NCBI GenBank assembly: GCA_051362555.1
Contig: CM120645.1
Span: forward strand, 12,958,001 to 13,022,000
Length of the DNA stretch: 64,000 nt
Direction: 5' to 3'
DNA from: Lingula anatina
Taxonomy: Eukaryota > Animalia > Brachiopoda
Shown here: positions 12,501-21,288 of the stretch, one piece after another
Numbering within the stretch: the first letter of the stretch is position 1
How the letters are laid out: each line of letters opens with the position of its first letter
The notes under the pieces: generated by a model
The model's input: only the letters and a program-made list of their open reading frames with translations
What the model was told of the DNA's origin: nothing
Databases searched by the model: none
Position numbers and translations under genes: made by a program

Positions 12501-15500
12501 CAGAGAAGTTCACACAGCTACAAAACTCATCTTTGGAAAACCACCAGAAGACCGATCTGTGACGTCTCCTTCAGAGTATGTGAAAATGTTGCAAGAGAAA
12601 ATGACTAGAATTCATGAAATAGTGAGATTTCATTTGAAAAAGGACTTTCAAAGGCAGAAAAGAGACCATGACACCCGTATTTCGCAAAATAACCTTCACT
12701 TTTCTTATACCTTCTTTTGCCAAGGAATACAGTGTATGTGATATCCACTCTCACTTCAAACTTTTTACTAGTATATCATATATATCAGGTTTATGTTGTA
12801 TATCATACGTATATACATGTTCATTTATTAACAAACAAGTTTCCATTACACTATACATGACCAAACAGATCAATTTCATTTAACTTTACAGTAATGTGTA
12901 ACACCTAGGCTACACCTCAATGGCTGATATAGTATGTATATAGTGTGTGGTAATACATTCTTGCTATTCCTTACAGGTCCACCTGAATCCATCACTTCAG
13001 ACATTTGAAGAGAGATCAGAGGCAGTGGAGAAGGTGCTGCTGGACCTCAGGGAGAAGGATGTGTTCAAGACTTTGAGAGGATGGAGAGATGAGGTGGGTG
13101 TGGGTTACATTGTAACAAATGTGGGTTATACTTTAACAAATGTGGGTTACACTGTAACAGTGTGGATTATACCATAAAAATGTGGTTTACACTGTAACCA
13201 GATAATTTTTAACAAATGGGGGTTACTCTGTAACAATGTGGATTGCACTGTGACAGATGTGGGTTATACTTGAACAAATGTGGGTAACAACTATCTGTTG
13301 TCGACCCTCAGGTCATTTAATTGGTCAAATACGGTTCAGAAAACAACCCATTTAGGTCAGGCTGGCCTACCAGTAGTAATAAGATGACATCTATACCAGT
13401 AGATAATGAAAATATGACATCTGTACTAGTAGATAATGAAAAAAAAAATCCAACACTTGTTAGAATTTCCTACTACCTGATCAGTGTTAGTAAATTTCTG
13501 TGTGCTGGGGTGTACATGGCACATGTGTATTATGTCATATTTTCTGGTTGATTTCAGTATTTTAACATTTGGTATAAGTTCAGCGAGCCTCCCTTAATGA
13601 AGATGGAGAGGGCAGCAACCTGTAAGTTTTAAACAATACTCATAGGTAGGTCATTGTGGTAGAAGTAAAGATGAATTATTATTGTGACTCGTACCGTAAG
13701 TATCACAAAGTAGTGGGAGTTGTGTACAGCTTGTACTGTTAGACCTCTGCTTGGTGATGGCATTTTTAAAAACTTTTTTATTGTAAATGGTGCATTGATT
13801 GATACCCCACCCCCACCCCCACCCCCATATATAATGACTTGCATTACGATTGACTATACAGATATTACTCACTACTAGGGGCCAGTTGAGCTGTGATGTC
13901 ATTTTGTGCAAGAAATCTTTATATGGGACACAGTGAAGAAACGTTCACAGCAAGTGAAAAGCCAGATAAACATCTGTGAAAACCCTGATACCGGTAGAGG
14001 GCACATACTCCTTTAGATGATGAGTGTACAGTGTTTGCCTCTTAGGAAAATTAGTTGCTGGACTGAAAGTCCAGCCATCTTGAAAAGTAGCTGGACAGAA
14101 TGTCTGCCGGATGAGAAAACTTATCAGCCCGTTCAAAAAGTTGTCAGCCCCGGGCAGACGGTCCAGCCTTAATTTCTAACACTGTGAGTGCAGGTACTAT
14201 ATACATGTATACCATATAACAAACCCCACCTGTTTCAGGTCTGTTTGGGGTAAAGCAATATGGTGTCCACATCAATGGCTGGACGCACCACCCTACCAAG
14301 GGGGTGTGCATGTGGATAGCCCGGAGATCTAAGACAAAACCCACCTGGCCAAACATGCTGGACAACTTGGTAATGGCTCTGTTAAACTTGAAGTTATGAT
14401 TGTTTATTTGCAATTTCCAGTAGACATTATTAAGTTGTTAAGCACAATTAAGCTTTAAAAGCAATATTAATGTATTCTCCTTTCCTGTTGCAAAGACACT
14501 ATACCCTGTAATATTTGCTGAATCAGATACTGAAGGATACATAAATTGGTGTTTTGTGCGAAATATGGCCTAATGTAGACCACTTCATAATTCTGTCACA
14601 TGTAAGGTTTCTTTCAGTCGTAATAGATACTGCAAAAACATATCAACAGAATAGCCTGTGTGGAGCATCTCTCAAATCATACAAAACAAACAAAAATAAT
14701 GAATACCCTTAACATAGTTATGATAGTGGGGTTGCAATTCAACTTAAAATAAGTTTGTAAAAGGTAATCAAATATTTGTATTCTCAGTAAACAGACAAAG
14801 CATCAGTTTTTATGGCAGTGGTTATGATACAGTTTGACCTTTTGTTTTCTTTCAGGCAGCAGGTGGACTGTCCTCAAAACACAACGTGATGGAGTGTGCC
14901 AGGTCAGAGTGCCAGGAGGAAGCCTCTGTGCCAAATAATTTACTTGATAATCTCAAACCAGTTGGGACTGTGTCGTAAGTTTGGTGTGAAATGATTTACT
15001 TGATTATCTCAAACCAGCTGGAACAGTGTCATAAGTTTTGCCCCAAATGATTTGCTTGATAATCTCAAACCAGCTGGAACAGTGTCGTAAGTTTGTGTCA
15101 TTACAAATGATTTACTTGATAATCTCAAACCAGCTGGAACAGTGTCGTAAGTTTGGCCCAAAATGATTTGCTTGATAATCTCAAACCAGCTGGAACAGTG
15201 TCGTAAGTTTGGCCCCAAATGATTTGCTTGATAATATCAAACCAGCTGGAACAGTGTCGTAGGTTTGGCCCCAAATGATTTACTTGATAATCTCAAACCA
15301 GCTGGAACAGTGTCGTAAGTTTTGCCCCAAATGATTTACTTGATAATCTCAAACCAGCTGGAACAGTGTCGTAAGTTTGTGTCATTACAAATGATTTATT
15401 TGATAATCTCAAACCAGCTGGAACAGTGTCGTAAGTTTGGCCCCAAATGATTTGCTTGATAATCTCAAACCAGCTGGAACAGTGTCGTAAGTTTGGTGTG

Positions 15501-18346
15501 AAATGATTTACTTGATTATCTCAAACCAGCTGGAACAGTGTCATAAGTTTTGCCCCAAATGATTTGCTTGATAATCTCAAACCAGCTGGAACAGTGTCGT
15601 AAGTTTGTGTCATTACAAATGATTTACTTGATAATCTCAAACCAGCTGGAACAGTGTCGTAAGTTTGGCCCAAAATGATTTGCTTGATAATCTCAAACCA
15701 GCTGGAACAGTGTCGTAGGTTTGGCCCCAAATGATTTACTTGATAATCTCAAACCAGCTGGAACAGTGTCGTAAGTTTTGCCCCAAATGATTTACTTGAT
15801 AATCTCAAACCAGCTGGAACAGTGTCGTAAGTTTGTGTCATTACAAATGATTTACTTGATAATCTCAAACCAGCTGGAACAGTGTCGTAAGTTTGGCCTC
15901 AAATGATTTGCTTGATAATCTCAAACCAGCTGGAACAGTGTCATAAGTTTGGCCCCAAATGATTTGCTTGATAATCTCAAACCAGCTGGAACAGTGTCGT
16001 AAGTTTGGCCCCAAATGAATTACTTGATAATCTCAAACCAGCTGGAACAGTGTCGAAAGTTTGGTGTGAAATGATTTACTTGATAATCTCAAACCAGCTG
16101 GAACAGTGTCATAAGTTCCTGCTAAATAAATAACTTGATTAATTCAAACCAGTTGGAAGAGTATCCTAAGTTTTTTGTCAAATAATTTATTTGATAATCT
16201 TAAACTAGTTGGAACAGTTTTGTAAGTTAGTGATCTCAGATGAGTTGAAATAGTGTCATTAATATATAACTTATGTGCCAAATTATTCACTTGATAATTT
16301 TAATCTCAGTAAAACATTGTTTTCAGTTTGTGCCAATAAACTAAGACTAGTTACAAAAACGTGGTGAGTCTTTTTGACATGATCAAATTGTGTGTGTATC
16401 AGTTTTATTCATTATTTGAGGAAGGTAATTGTGTATGTTATAGAAAGTATGCCACTTTCCATTTTGTAGATATTTCTATGAAGATGAGAGGGGGTTGTTC
16501 CCTGAGTGTGAGTACATAATGGACCTGGAGGTGCCAGAGGACTTTGTTCCTCAGAATGCTGACGGAGAGGTGGCAGAGTTTTACCTGTGGACAATACAGG
16601 AGGTGGGAACATGAATTAAAATTGCACACCTGTTTAAAATTCTGGTGACCTTTTTTTATAAATATCACTTAAGTACTAAATTGTGTCCACTTCAAGTGTT
16701 TTTCGGGTTATTTACCGCCCCATGCCTAACCCAAGATAGAGGCAGGGATGATGTTTTTCCAATTATCGGCAGATTTCCTACTTTTTGGGCGATGAAAAAG
16801 TCATTGGTCTAGGCAGCTCCCCCCCCCCCCCCCCTTTGGACAACACACCATATTTTCAAACTTTTTCACTAAATGGCAGTCTCGTCTCTGTAGATATGCA
16901 GGGCTACACCGCTGAATCAGATTAGCTTCAGTAGATACCCTCATGGTCATTATTCATCAAATATTGGTCCAGATGTGATTTATCAGACCTGAGAAAAAAA
17001 TGAAGTTTTTCTTCCAGTACTGTTGATGGTTTGTCAACTTGTGACTGATATGGATTAAGAAACTGAAATAAGCCGTGTCAATTTAGGTGCCTGCTTGGCT
17101 TAGATAAGCAGGGTTCAGGTGTTTGAGTACCGTATCATATCAGATATGACAGTGTGTATTTAACTCCATAACTACTGTCAACTCAATCTGCAGTTCAGTT
17201 CTGCCTGTTATAAGTTTTGGCATTTTTGAGGTTTCATTCATGGAAAGAAATGTACCAGTACATGTACATTCAGGAATGTTTCTTTTCTGTTATTCTAGTG
17301 AGTTTGGGGGATTATTTGTACATCCCCACCTCATACATCATGCAAAATTCCAGATAACTGAAAAAAGAAAATGGGGATCATGCTAAAATTTTTTTTAAGA
17401 TTTTAAAAATCACTAATTTAACTGATGTAGCATCATTCAGATAAATTTTCAAGCAGATATATCTAAAAAATATTTTGTAGTTTAACATGCATTTTCTATA
17501 TTTTTCTCTCCAGCTAACACATTTGAATTTGCTTTTCCTGGGCCCTTAATTCATACAGTTAAAATAGGTTTTTAAGCCATTTTCATTTAGCTTGAATTAT
17601 AGTCTTTCAAATATGTCAGGTGTCTGTAGGCAGTGTTTGAAAATATAATTATTTCTGCCAATATACAGTACTTAGGTAATCCTACCTTTCAGTTGTACAT
17701 GTGCAAATTAATGGTACCAAAGGGAAGTTTCTAGGTCATTATTACTAGTATGTGGTCCCTATGGGATAGATGGCATTTGAAATGTACTGGTATACGTGCG
17801 CTTCTGCAATTGACCCATACTAATTAAAATTAACTTACACTAATTGAGAATTTACAAATTTATTTTTGAAATTTTGTTTAATGTAAGTCATGAAGATATA
17901 AAAGATTTATGTACAACATTGAATGTTTTATGTTTTGTTACTAGGTGCTAGAGAAGACCATTACCAGTGAATTCAAATCTAATTCTGCTTTGATAGCAAT
18001 CAACTTCTGCATACGCCATGGCTTGATTAGCCCAGATGATGGTAAGGATAAATCACTTACAGTACAAAGGAGGAAAAATACTAATTAAATCTGAAATGTC
18101 AGCAGGAGAGGCACATGAGCAACATTTTTATACTAAATGGTTTTACATTAAGAATTTTTAAAATTCCTCTTTGAATCTTAGGATTAAAAGCATTATTACT
18201 ATTAAAATTGTATTTGGCTATATTTCACAACATATTTGACATTAGTTTTGCCTTGTTATAGTAAAACTACAAGGAAATACCAATTTACAATTTCAGAGCC
18301 AAACTACCAGCAAATATTGGAGGGAATGCATGCAAAGTTGACATGA
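3573..18346 (+). CDS. Nudix hydrolase, YJR142W/NUDT20-like family, 9 coding exons, 306 aa
   Basis: Exons 3573-3642, 6347-6486, 12977-13093, 13558-13621, 14239-14369, 14856-14974, 16470-16602, 17945-18041, 18297-18346; all GT-AG, phases match, total 921 nt. Family motifs: CRPFFIENKQVGLIRP, GWRDE, MERAATCLFGVKQYGVHING, WIARRSKTKPTWPNMLDNL, Nudix box GGLSSKHNVMECARSECQEEASV, DLEVPEDFVPQNADGEV, IRHGLISPD. Confidence 0.9.
6555..6670. repeat. Short inverted repeat / possible tiny MITE
   Basis: gcaccctcagtttcag (6555-6570) and its exact reverse complement ctgaaactgagggtgc (6655-6670). Confidence 0.5.
7000..7596 (+). repeat. 5' long terminal repeat (right end either 7566 or 7596)
   Basis: TGTAA start, TATAAATA at 7255, AATAAA at 7506, internal direct repeat aaccattcaaggYcgtccacttt, ends ...TACA immediately before TGG PBS motifs. 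Confidence 0.7.
7598..7616 (+). promoter_or_regulatory. Primer-binding site complementary to the tRNA-Leu 3' end
   Basis: TGGTGGCAaGCGGTGGGAT versus expected TGGTGGCAGCGGTGGGAT (one extra A). Confidence 0.75.
7667..8794 (+). CDS. gag: Retrotransposon Gag (coiled coil, capsid-like domain, one CCHC zinc knuckle)
   Basis: 375-aa ORF after the PBS; CFKCHRYGHLAREC knuckle; LRGEAADF and FIKGL capsid-like segments. Confidence 0.9.
   Translation: MPPKKDNRADQEEVRNLEEQLEEACRALEAEKENSTHRIQVAVEEAEAEKERLLRKAKENADVLEARAEAAEQRVRALERQKETEIEHRAQNEPISETITPTLTPFHRINGRSNFEIPLPRQTLFSGKESWEGFIEPFKALSQTCEWSESEKLFRLCNSLRGEAADFAFVQLSAEVVNSYPLLQRALQNRFQEKRTTSSYLSELENRKLSSREKLPEYISDIRKLVLKGYPTADCTTREAIALRHFIKGLPDHQAAVAVGMKTPKNLDEAREALEMYNSLREEAVKRPSVRAANPEAVVTESQLHQLEKKFDKKLDEIKDLIMKEKAKDTKSPPPPKSENWKNNIECFKCHRYGHLARECKAPVKEAQHVNNQGN
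8785..8827 (+). promoter_or_regulatory. -1 programmed ribosomal frameshift signal
   Basis: G GGA AAC slippery heptamer in gag frame (8785-8791) just before the gag stop; pol is in the -1 frame; downstream stem ggggcattc...gaatgaacccc. Confidence 0.8.
8785..12741 (+). CDS. pol: Retrotransposon Pol (protease, RT, RNase H, integrase), expressed by -1 frameshift from gag; C-terminus truncated
   Basis: FIADTGAS protease, YLDD RT, DTDAS RNase H, H..H..CAIC zinc finger, D-D-E integrase (TDILGP, HSDQG, GMVERFN). Confidence 0.93.
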   Translation, partial: GKLRRGIPAGQNEPLKTPVDSDIETVSCRNANVSWPVKIQGQEVNFIADTGASKTIISTHIYEQIPHDFRPELKKTNRKLQLQVADSRNIEIEGHVEIKFQSGEEVFIWDMLVAKIKDDGLLGMDFLCHNDFSLGVNGLKLNGKRVPCLVEREPKHAFRVTVTNDVIIPANSELIIEGTVDSSKIKSGLGLVEAIPEKSSDFLIGHVLVDPFRRDNKIPVRLLNPSNENISLLKDTCIAHLHEVDHVIGDKLEDSLSVPTLRADLTPGIQKSDLTLHSPELLEYLADLYKQSGENLTDFERCELKKLLQKHSDVFAKSSSDMGHTSVVKHKIVTGDARPIKQQPRRPPRAFAGEEEKIIQEQLQNGVIRESTSPWSSPLVYVKKKDGTTRPCVDYRHLNDVTVKDAYPLPRINDCLDSLGGSIFFSIADCQSGYYQIEVAEEDKPKTAFVTRKGLYEYNVMPFGLSNSPSTFERCMELILRGLQWQTVLIYLDDIIVFGKSFEEHYKRLDEVFNRLGKAGLKLKPSKCRLFQTEVQFLGHVVTQDGVKPDPEKVECIKKWPVPRNLTDVRSFLGLCSYYRRFIKGFSTRAAPINHLLQAGQAFTWTDSCQTAFEDLKSALTGNEVMAYPRDEGLYILDTDASATGIGAVLSQLQWCEKTQKEIEKPVAYASKSLTKTQRCYCVTRKELLAVVTFVQQFRHHLLGRQFLVRSDHSALRWVMSFKEPNDQMARWLEVLSQYDFKIEHRAGARHGNADAISRFPCDPDECTCYDGESILSKLPCEGCVQCKKKHEQWSRYLEEEVVPLVTRRMTENRKKEPKSDNGVCGSGQVSGNQGKCPVKRVYTAACSVLLTGLYILLTLFFAILSWVTMKFRCIFKEVRALSLRRMRVSKKKEVLPRENLTFKDQDFSHGDEDTDLSESESDRDRLPAEWLGSYTVNELFNLQRKDPELKTVLDWKEQSSQRPERDKVAAESPAVRQLWLLWDQLVLREGILYKRWETLDKAGSFLQILVPKEMRNEVMNGVHDKVTSGHLGVNKTVSKLKRHFYWYKMKESVRDYIRRCAICGGRKRPRSRPKAPLLRYAVGAPMDRVATDILGPFPVSERGNKYILLAMDQFSKWVECYAIPDISAKTVAHKLVTEFFSRFGLPLDLHSDQGSNYESQLFKQVCQVLEINKTRTSSYHPSGNGMVERFNIVLCDMISAYVSEDQRDWDIHLPLLTAAYRCCKHESTGYSPNLLMLGREVHTATKLIFGKPPEDRSVTSPSEYVKMLQEKMTRIHEIVRFHLKKDFQRQKRDHDTRISQNNLHFSYTFFCQGIQCM
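13094..13290. repeat. Degenerate ~21-bp tandem repeat beginning at the intron 3 donor
   Basis: Consensus about tgtgggttacactgtaacaaa, roughly 9 copies. Confidence 0.8.
14931..16230 (+). repeat. 56/60-bp minisatellite derived from the 3' end of Nudix exon 6 plus its splice donor
   Basis: Unit aaatgatttRcttgataatctcaaaccagctggaacagtgtc + gtaagttt + variable linker; 20 well-conserved intronic copies to about 16116 then 2 degenerate; 512-bp higher-order repeat. Confidence 0.95.
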
Positions 18347-20226
18347 GTTGTCCAGCTTTTGCAGAAATTAGCTTTTGCAGATTTGGTGGAGCTACATGGA
18401 CATATATACCACTGTGTTGTCATCTTTGACAACAATGCTCAATTAAAGTATCTTCTCCTGTAAATGGTTGGACCCTGGTAAAAGATCATGAAATGTGTTT
18501 TGTCCACCCTGTCGTTTTTGTAAGCTTGTGCAGGATAAATACAGGCCAACTTGTTTGTTTATGAAACCAGAGCATGTGTTTAACAAATATGTACCATAAG
18601 GAAGTGTAAAGTTTAAATGTTTATGGTGAGAGCTACAAAAAATAGTTGTGGTCACCATATCTTTTTATGTCTGGGGTCTGTTGCTCTTCATCTACAGATT
18701 ATACAGGAATGGTTGCCAACGATCTGTTTTTGACTCAGTTTCCAATATCTGTTATCATTTTAAATGTTTAAAAAGTTTGGATGCTCAAGCCTCATTTTGA
18801 CACCTGCCTACATATTGTGTAAAATACAAATAAAGACTGCAGAATTAATAAAGATATAAATTGGAATTTGCATAACCTATACACTTTTTATATTGGAAAA
18901 TGTGTTCATAGGTTTGGCTAGAACCAATGAAAAATCTGTTAAGTATATTTCAAGTTATAAAATGATGATGTGTGATGATCTGGTTGCACTTGGCGGGATT
19001 CCCTGCCAAGTTGGATCGATCTATGTAGAATGATAACTTCATTGGGAATTAGCCCATGTACATTCCTGTAGTGATCGTTAAGTGAGCAAATATAGCTCCT
19101 GGTGCGCTTGATTTTTAATGAGCTATGCTGTTATTGTTCATGTAGTGAAAATATGCCTTTGTTTTCTGGCATTGGCTGCATTTGTTTATATTTATAACAA
19201 TGTAAGATTGTTGTGATGATTTATGGTGTTGGGATGGAAAAACTGGAAGTGTTATACTTGAATGATTATTCTTGCAAGGTTTTTTTGAATACTACAGATA
19301 TGCTCAAGAGTTGATTGCCACCTTTTCGGGTGTCACATATCTAAGTTTTACATACAATGTCACTATCATCGCCGTTATGTTCCCTTGTGACCACTACGGT
19401 CTCAAACTTTTTACACGTTATTCAAGTACTATGACAGCAACTAAAATTTTAAAACAAGTTTTGAAGTCAAAATGTTGATTAAGATTAAGATATTCCGTTA
19501 GGTTAGACGAAATGTATGTTGAAAAATTCATTATGAGCTTTTTTTTTTCAAAAGAGGAAATTTTCTTGTAGTATATTATTTAAAGTCTACATTTACAAGG
19601 CCAACCCATTTAATTGTAATGGATTTAGATATAAATTATCATGAACCATGATCGAGGCAGTTTTAGAGCAAAGGAATCGTTTCTACATTATGAATTCATG
19701 TAGTATACACCAGTTAAAGCTTGTATATTGCATTTACAATGTTATGTTACATTGTAAATTCTTTAATTAATTGTCATTTTCCATTAACCATAATTTATTT
19801 TAACGTACTTAATTTATTTTAAAGTACGTTATTAATTACAGGTGTATAACTTACTTCCTATTTTGTATAACAATTGATCTCTTTGTTAAACAATGGATAT
19901 ATTAATTAAAAAATTAGACTGGTTAATCTTTTAGTGTAGTACAATGGCCTTTATAGCTACATGTACTACTTGACGCAATATATCGAAAACCCTAATCATT
20001 ATTGAAATTCTGCATGTTTTTAATCATTTATTGTTAAACGTTTTCCTCTACTGACAAATTGTTTAATAGCAAAGAATAATTTTATCGATTAGCTTTCACA
20101 AATGAATCAATAAATGAATGGATTAATGAAATCGATATAGGGTGTTCAAACTGGTGCACATTTTCTTTACACTTATTGTATTGGGTGTTTCATAAAATGT
20201 AAATGTTAAAGCGGTGACAACAGAGA

Positions 20227-21288
20227 TTACAGCGATGTGCTCAAAGTTTCAACTGTTTGACTCTGCCTTTGCCTTACTGTACCAGACCCAACAGCGTTTC
20301 GAATTTTACTCCAAAGTTTTTTATAACCGTCGCGTACCTCGGGCAGTCTCACGCCGTACAACAGGGGGTCGCATAAACCGTTCACCATCCCCAATGTTCC
20401 CGTGACCACGTGCGCAACAGCCATTTCATTGCTGGTCAGGAATTCCTTTTCCGTAATGTACGCCCGCAGGCCGAACGTTATAGCCAGTGGGGTCCAAAAT
20501 ATCACTACAGTCCCTGACAACCAGATGACTGTCACCACCAATTTTCTGTCACTGTGCGTCGTACCGGTGTCTATTTCATCTGTCGTCCGTTGTCTGGAAA
20601 CGCCGGTGTTGCCTATGATGGCACGCGCTTTGACGAACAGCACTCCGTTAAGAATCAAATTAAGGAGACACATCGTGGTGCAAGTGACTGCAAGATACCA
20701 AAGACTGGCCACGGAATAGTCGTTTGCGAAGTACTTGGAGCAGTTCTCTTGGGACGTTGTTGCTAACTTTGCCACGTGAAATGCGACGTACGTTACGGCG
20801 ACGAAGGCGTAACTCACCGACAGAATAATTTTCACAACGCGTGTTCTCACCAGAATCTTGTATCGTAGCGGATATGTTAGAGCCAAGATCTGGTTGATCA
20901 GGATGAACGTAGTGTTGACAAGCGGCAGCTGTACTCCGCACATAAGAAGGTCCTGGATAACGTCCACAACACACATAAATGTGGATTTGTCCTCAGGGTC
21001 TGATGAGTTCTCTATGTGGACCACAGTGAAGCTGGTCGTTAAAGCAAGAACGAGGACTAGCATGTCCGTGGCAGCTAGATGAGTGATCAGAATCTGAAGC
21101 GGCTGAAATGGTCGACGCATATGGTAAAGTGCAGCGAGTGATACAGCGTTTTCTACAATGCCGATGCTTACAATGACCATGCACACGATGTGCAGTGCTT
21201 GAAAAATATGTAAACCATCCTCAGACAAAACTGGGAAACGCCACGGAGGGATTCCAACTGAAAATGTTGCATTGAACTCCTGTGACAT
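20227..21288 (-). CDS. Single-exon rhodopsin-family (class A) orphan GPCR, 353 aa
   Basis: Seven hydrophobic segments; EN in TM1, HLAATD in TM2, YPLRY after TM3, FWTP in TM6, DPLLY in TM7; N-terminal NAT glycosylation site. Confidence 0.88.
   Translation of the reverse strand: MSQEFNATFSVGIPPWRFPVLSEDGLHIFQALHIVCMVIVSIGIVENAVSLAALYHMRRPFQPLQILITHLAATDMLVLVLALTTSFTVVHIENSSDPEDKSTFMCVVDVIQDLLMCGVQLPLVNTTFILINQILALTYPLRYKILVRTRVVKIILSVSYAFVAVTYVAFHVAKLATTSQENCSKYFANDYSVASLWYLAVTCTTMCLLNLILNGVLFVKARAIIGNTGVSRQRTTDEIDTGTTHSDRKLVVTVIWLSGTVVIFWTPLAITFGLRAYITEKEFLTSNEMAVAHVVTGTLGMVNGLCDPLLYGVRLPEVRDGYKKLWSKIRNAVGSGTVRQRQSQTVETLSTSL

Larger units (their letters stand above)
7000..12741 (+). mobile_element. 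Ty3/gypsy LTR retrotransposon in Nudix intron 2, 3'-truncated (no 3' LTR)
   Basis: 5' LTR starting TGTAACG at 7000, tRNA-Leu-type PBS, gag, then pol in PR-RT-RNaseH-IN order; no second copy of the LTR before the next host exon at 12977. Confidence 0.93.

Noticed and set aside
15009-15730. Two identical 69-aa minus-strand ORFs
   Set aside because: By-product of the 512-bp higher-order repeat.
14975-16116. CRISPR-like look (constant repeat with variable spacers)
   Set aside because: Linkers are only 14-18 nt, recur and are related to one another; eukaryotic intron, no cas genes; the core derives from the adjacent exon.
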